A stretch of 64,000 nucleotides of DNA from Lama guanicoe (lineage: Eukaryota): NCBI GenBank assembly GCA_013239625.1, contig MU053431.1:1-64000 (forward strand), given 5' to 3'. Under the pieces are notes generated by a model, which was given only the letters and a program-made list of their open reading frames with translations, ran no database searches and was not told where the DNA came from. Every line of letters starts with the position of its first letter. Positions within the stretch are counted from its first letter, which is position 1. Of this stretch, positions 11,181-25,027 are shown in pieces. The position numbers and the translations under genes were made by a program.

Positions 11181-12324
11181 TGGTCTCCCTGACAGAGTGG
11201 GACTCACCCAGGCAATGGGATGAGGTGGGAAGGCCATGAGGTGGCATCAGTTAGAATCGGTTCTGTGTCTACATCTTCCGCTTCCTCCTGGGGATCTCAG
11301 CTCCATCCCCTGAAAATTGAGAAGTGGGCTGTGCCTCCAGCACTGGAGTCAACTTCCCTGTAATGTTAGGAAAACACAGACTCCAGTGTCCAGCTGTTCC
11401 ACGTCCCACCACCCTGCCCTTCTCAGCCTTCCCTTTAAGATGAAATGTGTGTCTTACAATGAACTAATCCACTTAGGGCTGCTTTCCTTAGGGACAGGAC
11501 AAGGAATGTGTATAACAAACCTAGATTTGAGTGAAGAGGAAAAGTGCAAAAATTTGCCATAAGGGCTGCTAGATTTGAGCAGCATCAGAATTAGAAAAAA
11601 AAGAGCAGGCTCCAGACAGAGGAGGTGCCCATGGGCCTGCTGCTGTCAACAGGAACGCCTTCACTTATCTCTGATTTCACTGCACAGTTAATTCCCGCTC
11701 ACTGTGCACGTTTTGTACTGACTCCTCACGGCACCCAACAGGCTGCACGGGTGCTTCCCTTCTCAAACTCGGTTCACAGACAGAAACGTGGAGTCGCAGC
11801 TGGTCAGCTCCTCACGGCCAGAGACAGGCTGGGCGAGTCAGCGCATAAACGCCACACGGGAGCCTGTGTTCTCCGCTGCACTGTTCTTTGGGATCTTTAC
11901 TGACTTTAAAAAATTCTCCTGTTTCTGGTTGCAACATGAGATTTACCTGAGCTCGTACACACAGGCAACTGTGCTAACGCTTCCTGAGTCTTAGTCATGG
12001 GTGTCTGTGCTGCCAGTTGGTGCCCCGTCCCCACCTCTGTGCCCGCAGCTGCTCCCTGGCTTCTGGAATCCCGTCTCCCCACTGGGTGGCCACCATCCGT
12101 TTTGGGGTCACTCTGGGTGTGAATTCCTTGCCAACTGCTTTAAAAGAAACTGAGGGGACAGCCTTGGAGCCCCAGGTAGCACAAGGCAGTGTAAAGAATG
12201 TAGGATTGGAGGTGGGGTCTGAACCCGGGTCCTGGCCCTGAGTGGTTACCAGATGCTTGCTGAGGAAAAGCCCCAGCCGCGCCTTCTCACGCCATTTTAA
12301 AAAGGAAGCCGAAGGTGGAGCAAC

Positions 12325-12545
12325 ACAGCAATTTTGAGCACAAACTTCAGAGTCAGGCAGAGCCAAATTCAACTCCGGGCTCCCCAGTGAGACCTCACTG
12401 GTCCCCACCCAGATTCTTCCTCTGCAAATTGGTCTCATGGGGCCAACAGCACCCCGGACCTGCGGCCCCGGCACAGCGCCTGTGACCCGCAAGTGTCCGT
12501 GAAGAGCGGCGGTCGCTGTCGCTGCGGCTGCTGTCACTATCACTC
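12325..12545 (+). mobile_element. MIR SINE, GC-shifted
   Basis: gagcacaaacttcagagtcaggcagagccaaattcaactccgggctc...ttcttcctctgcaaattgg follows the MIR head and core. Confidence 0.6.
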
Positions 12546-13419
12546 TTACCGCGAGTCTGCATGTAGTCTCCTTTCTCTCGTTCCTTTAGCACCAGGTGCC
12601 TTTGGTCCCCCAGCCACCCTTCAGCAAGTGCTGTTCAAGGGTTCCTGAAGTCACGGGCTGCCCTCATTCTCCTCGGTTCACTTTCAATTGCCTTTTAATG
12701 GGAAGGAGATAAAGTGAAATTACAGCCTTGGGTGGCTGCTTGCGTGGGAGGCCGGGAACAGCCCAGCCCTTTCCCTCATACATTAGGGCTGCGTTTACAG
12801 TCCCAAGAGCAAAGGGACAGATCGCAAATCAGATCATTTATTGCTGCTGCTGGCTCAGCGAGGAGAAAATTCCCGAGGGACAGAGGTGGGGGCTCTGGCT
12901 GTGAGTGTAACACTTTGGTCCCGAAGGCCAGACCTGGCCTGCCAGTGAGAGCGGCTTATGAGAGCAATAAAGGAGTGCCAACATTGAGCGTGTGCGTGAT
13001 CCATGTATATCCCGCTCATCGACCGACCTGCGAGTCTGTGTGAGATGCGGGGCTCTCTGACCAACAGCCTGCCAAAACGGAACACAGGTGGCAAAGCAAA
13101 CACAAAGGCTGAAGGTGTATTGAGAGCCCCAGGCCTCCTGCTTTGTCTGTGACCCAGGGCTCTGCTAGTTTGCTTTCAGGGGACGATGCTCAGAGCAGCT
13201 GTTTCTCTCCCAGCCCCAGGAGGTGCCTGGCCTCGTCCCCTCACATAGAATCTGGGCCGGAGAGTCACAGATGGGCCTCAGAGTCTTCCCAGACCAGCCT
13301 ATTCTGCTCATCAAAGCCTCCCTGTTGCCCAGCATGGGGCCTGGCACAGTGCACAGGGGCCTTGCAGTACGTGTGTTTCCTCCAAAACTTGTGGGCCACA
13401 GGTGAACAAGTACCGCGTT

Positions 13420-15545
13420 CAGAATTCAGAAACTGATACAAGCCCCCCCACTGCCCTCTCCATCCGGTCACAGCCGCCCCGCGCGTTACAGGCACGCACA
13501 CCGAAAACCCATCTAAAGCTGTAACTGTTATTTCCAAACCTTAAACACATCTTTTAAAAACTCAAGAGAAGTAGAACAGTCTGTTACATTTGCCCAGATG
13601 GTTACCATTTCTGTTGCTTTCCCTTCATTCCTGATGCTTCAAGTTTCCTTCTGTCTGAAGAACCTGCTTTAGCATTTCCTGTAGTGAAGATCTGGTCTAC
13701 AACACACTCTCCTAGTTTTCTTTCATCTGAACATCTTTATCTTGCCGTCCTTCCTAAAGGACGTTTTTTCTGGATACACAATTCTAGGTTGACAGTTCTT
13801 TCCTCTCAGCTCTTTAACAATGGCGCCACCTCCTTCTGGCCTCTGGGGTTTCTGACGAGAACACTAAAGCCACTCAGGCCATTGTTCCTTTACAGGCTGT
13901 AGACTGTTTTCTCCTGGCTTTTCAAGGGTTAGTTTGCTTGCTTGCTTTGGCTTTGACTTTAGTGTTCAGTAGTTTGACTACAATGTGTCTGGATTTCTTT
14001 GGGTTTATCTTTCTTGGGGTTTGTGAAGCTTCTTAAATCTGTAGGTTTGTATCTCCTGACAGTTTGGGTATGTTTTCAGCCATTATTTATCAAATAATTC
14101 TTCAGCCCTGTGCTCTTTCCCTTCTCCTTCTGGAAACTCCCATGACATGAGTGCCAGAACTTTTGCAACTGTCCCATAGCTCTTAGTGGCTCTTTTTATT
14201 TTTGTAACTCATTTTTTGTTTCTGTTGTTTGGATTGCATAATTGCTGTTTATTTATCTGAGTTTTTCTTCTGTCATCTCCTATTCTGCTTTGAGCCCGTC
14301 CAGTGAGTTTTTAAAATTCTAATTATTGTATATTTTCAATTCTAAAATTTCTAGTTGGTTCTTTTTATATGGTCTATTTATTTTTTGAGATTTCCTCATT
14401 TTCTAATCACTTAAAAAATATTTATGGTTTTTTTTTGAAGCATCTTTGTAATAACTGCTTTAAAGTCTTGGTCAGAAATTCCACTATCTGTACCAACCTG
14501 GTTTTGGTGCTGTTGATGATTATTTCTCATGTGAGTTAAGATTTCCTGATTCTTTAAGCTTAATCATTCTGGATTGTACCCTGAACATTTTAATTATTAT
14601 GTTATGAGACTCGAAGTCTCGCTTATGGAGACTTCTGGAGAATGTTGACACTTTTGTTTTAGCCGGCACCTGGGCTGGTTAGGTCCAGGCCACAAGTTCC
14701 AGTCCATCTATGGGCTGTAGTTCCAACTGTCAGCGCTGTTTTCGTAGTCTTTACATGCTCTCAGGTCTGCCCCATGTGTGACACCCAGAGGCCCATGACT
14801 AGCAGAGCAGTTCCCAGATGAGTTGGTATGAGGCTTAGGACCAGGCTCTCCTATGTGTGTTTGGACTCATAAGCACCTTATGAGGTTGCTTCCCCAGCTC
14901 CTCTCCGCAGTCTCTGTGGTGCTTTCTGACCCCCTGGAGATCTTCTTGTCCATCCTTATCCAGGACGTTGGGGTCTGAGTTATCCCACTCTGCCATGGCG
15001 TCTGCAACTGGGCCCACCCTGGGTCCGAGTGTTAGGAGGACAGAGAGTGAATAAAAAGCACAGGAGTTCACCCCACCCTCCTGGCACCACAGCCCCACAG
15101 GCTGGAAAGGAAGACTCTCTGCCCTCAGGATTTTGGCTCTTGTGTGCCCCTAATTCTGCCACTGCTGCGTGCTTGGGGGCTGAGAGAATGGAGACAAGAA
15201 AATATGGGGGGAAAGGATGTCTGCACTCTTTCAGAGCCTAAGGAGTCCCGTCTCCCATCCTTTGAGCCAGACCCAAAGGCCTTCTCCGGAACTCTCTCAG
15301 TGTCCTGATGCCCACTTCCGGGTCTCAGGCTGTGCCGAAGTGGGGGATTCTGAAGGAAGAGGATTGTTGGCTAATTGCCAGTTCTGTGGAACTTCAAATT
15401 CTGGTCTCCTCCCTGCATCTGCCTATGTCTATGTGCTTTCTACAGTCCTTGGATGCAATTCTGTCCAGGTTTCAGAGCTCCACTCAGTGGGAGAGACGGG
15501 GGAGCGTGCTTTCTTCATCTCTCCCGGCACTGGAACCTGATTCAG
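13420..15545 (-). mobile_element. Old L1M (L1MC/MD/ME-type) 5' UTR, ORF1 and inter-ORF remnant
   Basis: T-rich tract with ttctggatacacaattctaggttgacag, ttctggcctctggggtttctgacgaga, tttcagccattatttatcaaata and cccgtccagtgagttttt, typical of reversed L1M ORF1 regions. Confidence 0.85.
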
Positions 15546-15749
15546 TTTTAAGCACAAAACTCATCCATGTTCAGTGTAAAGTAAGTATCAAATGACACAG
15601 AGGTATAGAGTAAACACGGAAAAGGAGGTTCTCGCCTCTCCATCCCAGCCCCTACAGGTAAGGGCTGTTGATGTGTCATTTTCCAGACCCTCCTCTCCTG
15701 CGTACTGTGGCATCCTTGTGGGAGACAGTGTGATCCCGTGATCAAGGCT

Positions 15750-15965
15750 GCCGACTCCAGCGCCAGAAGGGGTTCTGATCCAGGCTCCCCACAACTCTGG
15801 CAACTTACTTAACTTCACCGAGTCTCAGTTCTCAATGACGTTACATAGGACTAACAACACCTGGCCCTCAGGGACGTTTTGAGGGTAAAATGAGCTCAGT
15901 AAGACATCTAGGATTCCCAGCACAGACCTTGGCATGTAGTAAGTGTAGTAAGCTCCATATTGTGA
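15750..15965 (+). mobile_element. MIR SINE
   Basis: ctggcaacttacttaacttcaccgagtctcagttctc...gagggtaaaatgag...cagcacagaccttggcatgtagtaag. Confidence 0.8.
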
Positions 15966-18900
15966 TATTTATAAAGCATAGGTGTACGTTTGGCTATCAC
16001 GCAGTGTGACAAAGCCACGAGGGCTGCTTTGCTCTCTCCTCAATCTGCCTCTGGCATCTCTGTGTCAGCAGAGTTACATCATTCTTCAGGATGGCTCCAT
16101 GCGCCTTTGCTTCCTGCCTTCCTTGGAAACCCGTTTCCTCAGGATCCTGCTCTCTGTTTGTCCTTCGAATGGCACAGGGCCGACTTCCCATCCTCTTGGT
16201 TGTTTTCACGCTCTTCCATAAGCAGCGGTGAACCGATGGGCCCTACAACTCGTGAGAGTCCTAACCCGCTGGGGCTGCTGGCTGACCCCGCCGGGATCGG
16301 AGGTGAGGGGCTCATCCGACTGCAGATTACAGGCTCCAAGATTTTCGTGCTACACAGACTGCAGGGCAGGCACTGATTGCTTTGCTTCCAAGAGGGCAGC
16401 ACATCGGCTGCACCAGACCAGAAATGGCTCCCTCTGGCGTGTTCTCACTCCTTCCAGTGGAGGGTTAAGGTCCTGGGACAGCTTTTCCAGGGCAGTGAGC
16501 CAGGAGCGCTGGCCATCAGAAGGACTCAGCATTAGTGATGGCTCCCACAGAACTCGCTCCCCCTCCTGAGTTCTATTCAGACTTTCTGGGAGCGTCAGAG
16601 AGGCAGACTCAGACGGGCACTGAGTCGTCTTCACTTTCCAGTCCTTCTTTCTGCCTCTTCTTCAACAGGGAGGACAGGCCCTGGACCCAGAGTCGGACAG
16701 GCAGAGTTTAATTATACTCATTGACATTCACAGTATTTAATTTTTTATTATTGCTTTCTATTTGTGGCAAATTTCACTTCTAAGTGTATTTACTGAGGTT
16801 GGAAAAGTGAGATAACTTGAAGGAGAACATGAAACAACATGGCAAGGCTGGTGTGTGGATTCAGTATAATTCATGTAGGGGGTTCCTGATGCTTTAAGCT
16901 TGGGGAGCATTGAACTCAGGTGTGAATGACTAGGCGTAGGGCCTTTCCTGAGGGCAAGCCCGTAAGAGGGAAGGGAAGACCACGTGCAAATGGGTGCAGC
17001 AGTGTGGTCAGAGTCAAATGGGAAAATTCTACCAGGTTTCTGAATCTGCTGAGAACTGGCCCTTCCTTCAGGCTCCAGGCTGCTCACTGAGGGGAGAGGA
17101 GGAGGAGGAAGCACGCCAGCCCAGGGCAGACAGGTGGATGGGGCAGTGGAGGTGACGACAGCCTGCTGGCTGCACTATGCTGCTGAAAACCAGCTTCACT
17201 GGGAAAGGAATGCCCCTCCTCCATGTAGACAAGAGCTTTCGTAGCAGACATCTGCTGTCTTATCCATTCCTGGCTTTCTGGAAGGCCAGCCTCTGTTTTA
17301 TCTTGAGGGCACATCTCTTTTCTACTCTTGGTCCACAAGGTGCACAGAGGACTCACCTCTGGCAAATCCGCATATTCTAAACTTCTGGCCTCTGTGATTG
17401 GTTCAAGGCTGGGCTTGTTACCCAAGACAGTCCAAGCAGGACGAATCTGGAGGCTGTTTCCCTGCTAGGGTGGGCTTGCTAAGCTGGTGGGGGAGGGAGG
17501 CAGGCTAGGAGATCCCCGTGAAGAGAGGGTCCTGAGACAGGCCAGCACCTAGGAAAGCAGAGCCGAGAGGAGGAGGTAGATCTGGTCCCAGCGTCCCCAT
17601 TTGAGTCTCTGGGTTCATCTGGGGCCAGACTTTTCACTTGTGAGCCAATAAGCCCCTCCTTTCCCATTGTATTTGCTGAGACCCATCTCAATTGGATTTT
17701 TGTTATGAGCAACTCAGAGTCCTGATCGACCTCTTTATTACCTGGAAAAACTCCTGTGTTCTGGATTGTTGTCACCATAGCAAAGTAGCCATGGAAACAA
17801 GCTCTGGAGATGGGACCTGGGCTGAAATCCCAGCTTGGCCACGAAGGGGCTGCCTGAGTCTCAGTGGGCCCTTCCGTGGGCTGATGTGAGGGTGAGGTAC
17901 AGGTACCTGGCGGAGCTCGTCCTGAGAAGCCGGCATGGAGGTCCTGAGTCAATGTGACTGCTGATGGCAATGCTGGTGACCAAAATATAACCTGAGTTAC
18001 AGTGAAAGGTTTACCGCCTCCAGGAGCAAATGCGGTTTCACCTCCCACTCTGTGGTGAGGGGTGTGCGCTTCGCTGGGGAAGGACGGGGCTTGGAGCACG
18101 GCTCCTGCCGGCTCCAGCGCGAGCGCGGATAAGCCCAAGACTGCAGGGCTACTCAAAGTGGAAAGACCCCTGCCCCGTCAGTCCTGCCTGATGACACCCA
18201 GGGCTGTGGGGGCCTCTGGGGAGACAGAACAGAACCTCCAGACAGTGGGCCGTGTTCCCATGGAGCCGACATCCTGCAACGACTCTCGCCCCTCACAGAA
18301 GCCAGCCTGCGGGCCGGACAGACGCGCGGAGCCTGGGGAAGGCCAGAGCGCTCACGACACAGCCCGGTGTCCGCTCGCTGCGCACACCTTCCCTGCGCTG
18401 CTCCGTGTACCAGCAGACCAACCTTCTGGGAAGAATTCCTCCTGCAACTGCTTTCCTCACTCAAGTGTCCCCCAGCCTGGCAGCCTTGCTGCAAAGTGTC
18501 TGTTTAACATTCCATCTGTCGGACCTGCGAGTCCAGATCCCTGCTCACTGGCTGCTTGTCAAGAGGAACTTGAGGTGAGTGACAAAGGCTGCCAAGAGAG
18601 CTGCTCGTCATCTGTGCCGTCAAGGGCTGGATGCCCCTCGGCAGTCAGGTCCCTTTGTGGCTCCCCTGCGGGCCCCTGTGTTGCCCAGAGAACCTGGAAA
18701 CTCAGATCTAATCCCCGGCTCCAGGGAGCCCTGGCACTCTGATCCTCCACCAGATCTGGGCTCCTGTTGGTCTTCAGCTCTGGACTGTGGCCTGGACAGG
18801 TGGAGGGCAGCTGTCTGTGACATGCAGACTGATGCATATGATTCCATGCACTGTTAACTTCTGCTAAGAAGGAAAATAAATTATTTACCTGTCAGTGCTC

Positions 18901-19569
18901 TGGAATGCCATCCCAAACCAGTTGTTGACACCTCTTGTGTTCACCCTGCAGAGGGTGCAGGGTGAAGCGGGGAGCGTGTATGCTTGACAGTTTCCTATGC
19001 ATTTTTGTGACGCTTGTTACCTGGCTCGAGAGCCATGTCCGACTGCTACAGTGTTCATAAAAGATGAGTGGCCCCAAGGACCAAGTCTGTGCTACAGTTC
19101 ATTAAGGCAACTTGACCTCTGGGGAAGGAGGACGGAAAGGAACCAGCAGTTTCTGACTGCTTGAGTTTCCTGAAGCTCAGGCCTGTAGGGTCATCGTGGG
19201 TGGTTCACGGACGTGGCATAAAGGACATGAATCACATGGTGAGGAAGTCACTCTGTTCAGTTCTTTTTTTGACCTGGTGACATTATGGAAGTCTGAGCCG
19301 GTGCTCGGTGAGCACCACTCATGTACCTTACTCCTTCCTTCTGATACAGAGGTGGCAGCTTCTACAAGTGACTGTGTTGAAAATTTAGTAACACTGTTTA
19401 GTTGTGTTTTTATTTTTAAGGTTACATCTAGTTAAGGAAAGTGTTACTACTTTTCCATTTATAGGAGTGATGTTCTTTAGAATTTACAACCTAACATGCA
19501 TTTAATACATCATCATAGTGCAGGCGTGGTGATATCTGTGGCGCTGGTATGTGACTGAGTCTGGGAGGG

Positions 19570-19845
19570 ACTAACAGATGCTCTCATTAGCCCCAGAATG
19601 ACTCAGCTGGGGAGCAGTTGGGGAAGGACTTTGGACACTGCATTCTGCTCCTCTCAGTGGGACCCTGGCCTGGTCCCAGGTGCCTAGGTGGGGCTGCCCA
19701 AAGTCCCAGAGGACTCCTGTTTCCTGCCTGTCCTGTTGGAGAGCGGCCGTCTCCTTGTTCCTGGATTCCATGATTCCTAAGAATAAATTCCCTTTTGAAC
19801 AAGTCTGAGTGGACTTCTTTTCCTTCTAAATCAGTCTGTCCTGAG
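19570..19845 (+). mobile_element. ERVL-class LTR fragment (LTR33/LTR16-like 3' end)
   Basis: aataaattcccttttgaacaagtctgagtggacttcttttccttc resembles ERVL LTR R/U5 ends. Confidence 0.5.
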
Positions 19846-21469
19846 CCACTGCCCCTCCTGCCCCAGGGGAAACCACCTGATGAGGTGATGCTAGAAATTC
19901 CTGTGGTATCCCCTTCTTCTGGTCACATTTTAAAAATTAAAAATTCGTCTTTGTTTTCTTCTGGGAAAGGAACCAGCTTGGCCAAGTTTCTGCTTTTGGT
20001 GCCTGCTTCTGGGGCCGGCCCCTATGCTGAGTATTAAGCCTTTCTTCTCATATAGTCCAAGGGGTGAAAAGGAATTTTGCATTCAAAAATCACAAAACAG
20101 ATTTATGTTGAAAATACTAGAACTTGGTTGGTGCCCCGGAAAAACATACGAGAAAAGCAGAGCACCATCTCTTTTGTTCGACCAGATTGTGGAAGTTGAT
20201 GCATTGGTCTCAAGGGAAGGAAAGTATCTTTTCTTCATGTTGGCAACTTGTTTTCAACAAAAGATTCAGAACACATTTTCTTTTTTCTTTCTTTTTTTCT
20301 TTTTCATAAAGGAAGGATATAGTTAGTTGACCAGGGATTAGCTAAGGATTAAGGGCTGGTTGACTTTGCAATATTTCCACCTGCCTGCGGTGCATATACT
20401 TGAATTAACAAAGGTAAATAATCAAAAGGGTATTAAAAAGTGAGCTGGGCCACAGAGGGACAGCCTGGAGCGTGTCTTTCTGTTGTATTGAGCCCTGGGG
20501 CCTCACTTTACCTGACTGGAATTCTATGGTTTTGACTTTAAAGTCTCCAGGGAGCTGGGGGCTTCTGCAGACCCCCAGGATTTCTTCTGTCACGCTGCCA
20601 ATAGCCTTGATTTGGGGTAATTTTCTTTAATGGCAAAGTTGATTGAGAATCCAGGTTCTATTTAATTGCAAGCCCTGTCTGTTGCCAATATAGAGCTAGG
20701 AACAGAGACACACTGAACTGGCACAAAGGGCCACAGAGCGGTGGAATCGGAGCCTGACCATGACCGTCACGACCTCAGGACAGACGCAGCCCACAGGGAG
20801 TCTCACCACAGCCGCTTCTCACCTGCTTAGTTAAATTTAACTCAAAAGGCCAGGAGGACAATTTGATTAATTCTGTATCTCAGCAGAAATCGGAGCCTTA
20901 GAGGATCAAGGCTTCAGAATTCTCCTGGGGGAAAAGACATCAGCCACAAGGCACAAAGGAAAACCTCCCTCTGTTTGTCAGAGGAAGACATAATTGTGCT
21001 GCTCCCTCATTGAAGAAGTTTACAAACATTTGCAAGTTGTCAGAAATAATTAGTCTAAAATTGTTTAATAAACCATGGAATGAAACAGTACGTGCCTTGT
21101 TGAGATCAAAGGGCTTCTGTTACCTTCTTGTAAATCCAAGTGGAATTCTTTTGAAGGCAAACTCCTGGAATTAGTGGTGGTTTCTGAGGAGCGCTGATGG
21201 CGGGGGGTGGGGGGAGCAGAAGGATCAGCTCTTGGGGTGCCCGGCAGGAAGCTGGAGGAACAGAGCCACGTCCAGGGAGTGGACGGGTCCTCAGCAGTGG
21301 CAACCTTGGTGCCGACAAACAGAAGAATTCTGCCGCTGAAGCTCGGGCCCCTGGTTCCTGCCAGGATGGCAGCACGAGGCTGGTACCACGATTGTGACTT
21401 CCAAGGTGGGGTGAGTGCGCACACATGCACTTGGATGAGAAAAGCAAGCACAGGGCTGGCGAGTTAATC

Positions 21470-21680
21470 AGTCTCCATCCTAGCACCGCTGGTTCACGGG
21501 AGCAGACCCTGAACAAACCACTTCATGCTTCTGGGTCTCAGTCCACTGGTGTCTAAAATGGGTCTCCCTGCGTGGAGACAGGTGAGTGAGGTGCTGCAGT
21601 AAGCGCTCAGCTGAGCGCCTGGCCCGGAGAAGCTCTGGGTAATGGCAGCGCTGGTGCTCATCATGACTGTTCGTTATTAG
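21470..21680 (+). mobile_element. MIR SINE
   Basis: gaccctgaacaaaccacttcatgcttctgggtctcagt...tgtctaaaatggg...gtaagcgctcagctgagcgcctggc. Confidence 0.7.
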
Positions 21681-22419
21681 CGACAGAAACCAGCAGACGT
21701 TTCCAGAGGGCTTCGTCGGTGCCAGGCACTAGGGGAGGCCTTGGGGACTAACTCAGGACCCAGGAGGCCTGGCTCCGATTCTTAAGGGGAGGTTAGACAG
21801 GAGGCCTCCTCACCCACACGCCTGTGGGGCTGTGTCCTGCGTGACTGGTGCCCCCTAGAGGTGAGCCACACACTGCCCAGTACACAGCTCCAGGGACACC
21901 ACTGGGAGAGGCACATGGAGAGGTCATGGAGGGACTGGGAGCCACGGAGAAGCCTTGGGGGAGCCCTGTTTGAAGGGTCAGCGGGCAGAAGCGGGTGAGA
22001 TGATAAGATCTGATGGTCAAGGAGAAGCAGACGTGACAGAGCCACACAGAGTTCCTCTCTCCACGTACATAAGCACCTGTGTTGGTGAAGCATCTGTCCT
22101 TTTCGGTGACAGTGTTTGTTGCTACGTTCATCAGAAACCTGATGTCTGAAGACCCAGACCCTCTCCTCAGAGTCACTTCCCCTCGTCCTCACTGCTCCCA
22201 CCCCGCCTCTCTGGACTCTGCCACAGAACGCACCCTCTGCTCGTGCCTCTTTGCGCCCTCCCCGACCCTGTGCTTGCCCTGTTGTCCCCTTGCTGCAGGG
22301 CGGGCAGCCCCGACACGCAGAGGCCGCCGCCCAGACAGCGCTCACGGTGAGGGCAGACGGGGTGGTCACGCGGCCTGTGGATGTCGCCGGACCCCTTTGA
22401 GGGGCCCCCGAAACTCAGA

Positions 22420-22640
22420 CACAGGAGTTGCTGTTACATCGTTACATACACAGTCCTGAAAAACCTCCCGCTGTGTGAAACCATGCACTGAAACCCAAGC
22501 CAACTGCAAACAACCCTTGAAAACAAAACAGGGCCATGGATAAAAATGGTTTGGGGTAGGTCACGCAAAACCTATGGAACTTTGTAACCAAAGCACTCAC
22601 AAAAAAAATGACAATTGCCATGCAAACACTAAGACTGTTC
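22420..22640 (+). mobile_element. TcMar-Tigger DNA transposon fragment (Tigger13a-like)
   Basis: cctgaaaaacctc...aacagggccatggataaaaatggtttgggg...caaaacctatggaactttgtaaccaaagcactcacaaaaa matches the recalled Tigger13a consensus; orientation uncertain. Confidence 0.6.
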
Positions 22641-24469
22641 AATTTAGTGTCACGGACGGAGACTCCTTCAAGTCTTAACACTCCCAGCCTGTGATTCCTT
22701 CTCTGAGGTGCAGGTCCTGAGGGGTATTTGCTTTAAATAGAGATGATTTTTAAAATGAAAATTAGAAGCAAGACAGGGTGTGCCTTCACATGCAAGTCCA
22801 TTGTTTCGCAGGAGAAACAGCTGCAGCTTCTGCTCGTGGATGTGCAAATCCTCCTGGTAGCCTGACAGGCGGGCAGTGAAGTGGCTCTTGAAGCAACTAA
22901 AGCAGCCACTGCTCGCATGAAAGGATGGCATCGCTAGAGATTTTCAGCATTTTTTAATTAATAAGGCTCACTTTTCAAGTGGGAGAAAGCTTGCCCCCAA
23001 CTGCTTCAAACCATTAATGTGCTTGGAGAAAACACGTACGTGAACCACAGAGGTCCATGCTGCCCCCTCTTCATTCCTCCGTCAAGCCCTGTGAGTTCTT
23101 GCCAAGTAACCCGCGTGACTGCAGAGCCCACTGGCTGCCTAGCCCCGGCAGCGAAGCCGGGGCCGCCCTCGGGTGCTGGTGCCCGAGGGGCCTGGCAGAG
23201 GGGCTGGCAGAGCGGCCTAGCTGGAGGTTCTCTATACCTTTGGAACAAGGGCCCGCATTGTCACTGTGTGCTGTGATGGCAACCCTGTGGCTGACCCCGC
23301 TTCTGACTGGTGGCGCTGCCCCTCGCCGGGGGCCTCTGGTCACGCACCAAGTGGGGTGTCGGAGGGTGTGTGGGGTGACCTGAGGGCTTTGTCTTCTTCC
23401 TTTGGTGCAGAGTTGACAATACGTAAGTGCTGGAACATCACAAAGACTGCCCATCTTCAGGGACGGCAGAGAAGAGAGGAGCTGGGCTGGGACTGGCTCC
23501 TCCTGCCTGTCTCCCCACTGCCAAGCCACGCTGACTCTAACCGCCTGACCCCGGGTGAGTGACCACTCTGCCCTGTGCCCGGCACCGACCTGGAGCCCCA
23601 CTCTCAGCCTCCATCGTCTTTGCCTGGACCAGCTCGGGCCCCCCTCCACCCGTTATCATCACTGCAGCTGGGGGTCCTTCAGGGTACAAACATCAAAACT
23701 CCTGACTAAGATCCCAGGGGGTTTGCACTGTCCTTGAAAGAAATGACAAGATGTTTGAGGCAGTCTGTGAGGCCCACCCAGCTGGACTCTCCCCGACTCC
23801 CCAGGCTCAGACAAGAGGGGTTCACTTGGTTTCCCCAGGTCCCTTTCCTTTTGTCCGCCGGGTGGACCTGCTTCCCTGATGACTCTCGCCCCGCCGCAGG
23901 CTATGCCTGGAACCTCCCCCCTTCCAGGAGCTCCTGTGGCCCCATGGTCTGCAGCAGCCCTGCACGTGTGGCCACAGGCTCTGCGTCTTTCTCCACCGCT
24001 CCTGACTGTCTCCTAAATGGGCCCCAGGAGGACAGACCCACAACCGACACATTCGTCGCTGCTTCCTCAGTAAGGTGTGCTCAGCACATGTTTACGCCTC
24101 CACTGAGAGATGAGGGCTTGAAAGCTCATTAAGGGAGGGGGACCTCAGAAACATTCAATTCTCAGACAAAAGGCACATTCAAAACATATTATGGTGATCA
24201 TGTGACAAACGGCAAGAAAAGTGATACCCAGTTCACCAGGGATCCTGAGACAGGAAATTAAGCTCTGCGGGCCCGCTGACATCCGCGGGGAGCGTGACTC
24301 CGTGGTGTCCGAGATGGCCGGCACACGCCCTCCTGAACATTCTGGAGCCAGAATCTGCACGAGGAGAAACAGACATGGGTCTTCTGGTGTCTACTTACTG
24401 CTAGTGTCACAGAGTTACTTATGGCCAAATACCTCAAGACAAATTATGCACTTTGGAATTTAAAATGCT

Positions 24470-25022
24470 TTTTCTTTGTTTCTTCAGTGTAAAAGCAATA
24501 CATCCTCATTAGATTTCTGTAGCATTTGATGTGTCCGGTAAAGTGAAATCCTCTCCATTTAATCCCTCAAATTCTCCAGCGACTTTTTCTCTAGATGTAT
24601 GTGGTAGTTTCTCATTGTTAACTTAGTTTAAAAAACTGAGAGCAAACAAAAACATTCTCCTCAGCTTGCTTCTTTTACTTAACAAAGTGTGGGTACCTAT
24701 CTAGGGACCTTCATATCAACCTCACTCTTTTCAACTTTTCTCTGGGTTCTGAACAACAAGGTGACCACAGTTTATTTAATCAACACTTCATTGATGGAGA
24801 TACGGGTATTTCCAATTTTTCACAATTACAAATCACCCTGCAAAGATCATTTTTAAAAAATATGTCCTTGCATAATTGGGTGACAGTTTCTGTAGGATAA
24901 ATTTCTTCCTAGAAATAGAATTCATGGAGCAAATGGCACGAACATTTTAAACATTAATTGACACTGCCAAATCGCCTTCCACAAAAAGACTGTAAAAAAT
25001 GTACACTCTTACAATCAGTGGG
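24470..25022 (-). mobile_element. L1ME 3' region
   Basis: cacagtttatttaatcaac...ttgatggagatacgggtatttccaatttttcacaattacaaa...tttctgtaggataaatt...cctagaaatagaatt...actgccaaatcgccttcc. Confidence 0.85.
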
Positions 25023-25027
25023 AACTT

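Noticed and set aside
12550..12691. Minus-strand exon-like segment ending LVLKEREKGDYMQTR|gtaaga
   Set aside because: Using the nearest plausible acceptor (cccattaaaag), all three frames contain stops, and the donor abuts a MIR tail.
17479..18742. Overlapping 225-aa and 226-aa ORFs
   Set aside because: Ser/Pro/Ala/Gly-rich with no recognisable domain; ORFs overlap in several frames, as expected in GC-rich non-coding DNA.
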